DNA of 64,000 nucleotides from an uncultured Methanosarcinaceae archaeon (GTDB lineage Archaea; Halobacteriota; Methanosarcinia; Methanosarcinales; Methanosarcinaceae): NCBI GenBank assembly GCA_963721455.1, contig CAVRJG010000039.1, positions 1 to 64,000 of the forward strand, read 5' to 3'. Shown piece by piece: positions 61,864 to 64,000 of this stretch (position 1 is its first letter; each line of letters starts with the position of its first letter). The notes under the pieces were generated by a model. It saw only the letters and a program-made list of their open reading frames with translations, ran no database searches and was not told where the DNA came from. The position numbers and the translations under genes were made by a program.

Positions 61864-63371
61864 CGCTCGGAAGTGTACCCCCAAAATTTAAGGTCAGCAT
61901 TGACCGCAACGAGTGCATGGACTGCGGACGCTGTATTGAAAACTGTTCCTACGGCGTATTCCGGAAAGAAGGCGATAAAATCCTAATAGAATCCAGAAAA
62001 TGCACAGCCTGCCTCCGCTGTGTCGCCATGTGCCCAAGGGACGCAATCACACTTACTGAGAAACCTGTGGACTACCGTTCCCATCCCGTCTGGACCAGGG
62101 AAGTTAGGGAAGACATTATCAACCAGGCTCGCAGTGGAAAAATCATCCTCTCAGGAATGGGAAATGCCAGGGATTTGCCGATTATCTATGACCGCCTTCT
62201 CCTTGACGCCTGCCAGGTTACAAACCCGAGCATTGACCCCCTGAGAGAACCCATGGAACTCAGGACTTACCTAGGGAAAAAGCCATCCAAACTCAAATTC
62301 AGAAAGACCGAAAGTGGAGACGTAGAACTGGAAACAAAGTTGGCTCCCAACCTCAAGCTTGATACTCCCATTATGATAGGACACATGAGTTTCGGAGCCA
62401 TCAGCCTGAACTCCCAGCTCAGCATGGCAAAAGCCGCAGCTGAAAGAGGAACTTACATGGGGACCGGAGAAGGCGGACTGCACAAAGCGCTCTACCCCTA
62501 CCAGGATCACATGATAGTTCAGGTCGCTTCAGGCCGTTTCGGTGTGAACATCGACTATCTGGAAAGGGGTGCTGCAATTGAGATCAAGATAGGGCAGGGA
62601 GCAAAGCCGGGTATCGGAGGGCACCTTCCCGGAGAAAAAGTAAACGAGGAAGTATCCAGAACCCGTATGATTCCTCTCGGTAGCGATGCGATAAGCCCGG
62701 CTCCTCACCATGACATATATAGCATTGAAGATCTTGTCCAGCTTATCAGGAGCCTGAAAGAAGCAACCGAATGGAGAAAACCGGTATTTGTGAAGATTGC
62801 AGCCGTGCACAACGTTGCCCCCATTGCCGCAGGCATTGCCCGCTCCTCCGCAGATGCAGTGGTCATAGATGGGTTCCGTGGTGGAACCGGAGCAGCCCCG
62901 AAGGTCTTCCGGGATCATGTGGGAATCCCCATCGAAGCCGCAATCGCCAGCGTTGATCAGAAACTCAGGGACCAGGGTGTCAGGAACGAGATCTCCATCA
63001 TCGCAAGTGGTGGGATAAGGAGTAGCGCCGACCTTGCAAAGTCCATTGCACTGGGGGCGGATGCAGTCTACATAGGAACTGCAGCTCTAGTCTCTCTGGG
63101 CTGCAGGGTCTGCGGCAACTGTTACCGAAACCTTTGCCCCTGGGGCATTGCCACCCAGCGCCCTGACCTTGTGAATAGGCTTGACCCCGAACAGGGAGCA
63201 GTTCAGGTTTCAAACCTGATTAAGGGCTGGACTCTGGAACTTAGCGAGCTTATGGGTGCTGCAGGGATCAACAGTATAGAAAGCCTGCGCGGCAACAGGG
63301 ACCGCTTGCGTGGATATATGCTGGATGAAGGGATGCTTAAAATCCTGGACGTATTGCCAGCGGGGGCCTGA
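61860..63371 (+). CDS. Glutamate synthase FMN-binding subunit with N-terminal 2[4Fe-4S] domain (GltB2-type)
   Basis: Two CxxCxxCxxxC motifs, MSFGAIS, QGAKPGIGGHLPGEKV, SPAPHHDIYSIEDL, CRVCGNC...CPWGIATQ. Confidence 0.93.
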   Translation: MTLGSVPPKFKVSIDRNECMDCGRCIENCSYGVFRKEGDKILIESRKCTACLRCVAMCPRDAITLTEKPVDYRSHPVWTREVREDIINQARSGKIILSGMGNARDLPIIYDRLLLDACQVTNPSIDPLREPMELRTYLGKKPSKLKFRKTESGDVELETKLAPNLKLDTPIMIGHMSFGAISLNSQLSMAKAAAERGTYMGTGEGGLHKALYPYQDHMIVQVASGRFGVNIDYLERGAAIEIKIGQGAKPGIGGHLPGEKVNEEVSRTRMIPLGSDAISPAPHHDIYSIEDLVQLIRSLKEATEWRKPVFVKIAAVHNVAPIAAGIARSSADAVVIDGFRGGTGAAPKVFRDHVGIPIEAAIASVDQKLRDQGVRNEISIIASGGIRSSADLAKSIALGADAVYIGTAALVSLGCRVCGNCYRNLCPWGIATQRPDLVNRLDPEQGAVQVSNLIKGWTLELSELMGAAGINSIESLRGNRDRLRGYMLDEGMLKILDVLPAGA

Positions 63372-64000
63372 TGGAGATGAAGACAGTACAAATTGATGCA
63401 AGAGGTATGCACTATACTCCCCTGAACCAGAAAATCAGGGCTGCGGTTGCGGACGGGGCAGAGGAAATCATACTCGACAACGTGCTCGGACAGCGCTTTA
63501 TAGGAGATGGGTTGAGAGGCAATGTCCGCATAATAATCAATGGGGTTCCCGGAGGAGATCTGGGGATGTTCATGAGCGGGCCAACCTGCATTATACATGG
63601 GAATGCCGAACACGCTCCTGGCAATACAATGGACAGCGGCATGCTTGTGATTCATGGAAGCGCAGGAGATGCAGTTGCCCACAGTATGCGGGGAGGAAAA
63701 GTCTTTGTAAAGAATAACATTGGCTACCGGGGTGGCATCCACATGAAACAGTATGAAGTGGAAGCCAGGCCAATACTTGTTGTGGGAGGCACAGCCCATT
63801 CCTTCCTTGGTGAGTATATGGCAGGTGGCCTTGTGCTTGTGCTGGGTATAGGCAAGGAAAAAGCCATGACAGACAGGGGCATAGGAAGTGGAATCCATGG
63901 TGGAGAAATCATCATCCGCGGAGAAGTGGATGACTATCTCCTTGGAGTCGGAGCCAAGAAATTCAAGTTTACTGAGAGCGACCTCGAACGCATAGCTCCG
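63371..64000 (+). CDS. Glutamate synthase GXGXG-domain subunit (GltB3-type), truncated by the window end
   Basis: TGATG overlap with the upstream stop; open to the window end; GQRFIGDG, GNTMDSG, GYRGGIHMK, FLGEYMAGG. Absent from the ORF track because it has no stop in the window. Confidence 0.9.
   Translation, partial: MEMKTVQIDARGMHYTPLNQKIRAAVADGAEEIILDNVLGQRFIGDGLRGNVRIIINGVPGGDLGMFMSGPTCIIHGNAEHAPGNTMDSGMLVIHGSAGDAVAHSMRGGKVFVKNNIGYRGGIHMKQYEVEARPILVVGGTAHSFLGEYMAGGLVLVLGIGKEKAMTDRGIGSGIHGGEIIIRGEVDDYLLGVGAKKFKFTESDLERIAP

Noticed and set aside
63203-63898. 231 aa minus-strand ORF and other long antisense ORFs (e.g. 20561..21202, 58663..59247, 6724..7269)
   Set aside because: Shadows of well-supported genes on the opposite strand, with no recognisable motifs.

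Overview
Methanosarcina-type archaeal chromosome, judged from GlnA1, the split GltB1/B2/B3 glutamate synthase, a MEDS-domain kinase and DNRLRE/disaggregatase-like proteins. From left to right: a MEDS histidine kinase; a duplicated MacB/LolD-type ABC exporter operon with two near-identical COG1361-like surface proteins; a ~4.8 kb stretch without credible long ORFs; an ABC-2 exporter pair; two small Hsp20-like genes, DUF1059, CPBP and DUF1616; a ~37 kb surface/exopolysaccharide cluster (GT2/GT4 enzymes, 2 flippases, GalU/Ugd/GalE-like, deacetylase, FemAB-like GNAT, 3 disaggregatase-like beta-helix proteins); a decayed IS630; TspO; and glnA1-gltB. The main finding lies in the apparently empty stretch. 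It holds an unannotated tandem array of six 25-33 codon aromatic/Cys-rich peptide genes (8644-9733), each with its own RBS, mostly separated by conserved stem-loops (one with covariation), bracketed by a promoter and terminator. A seventh, divergent member lies at 10501-10614. Two ABC exporter systems flank the locus. Other points: GlnA1 has Gly at the Arg66 glutamine-feedback position, and several MITEs are present, one nested in an IS630 end. All family assignments come from reading motifs by eye; no searches were run.
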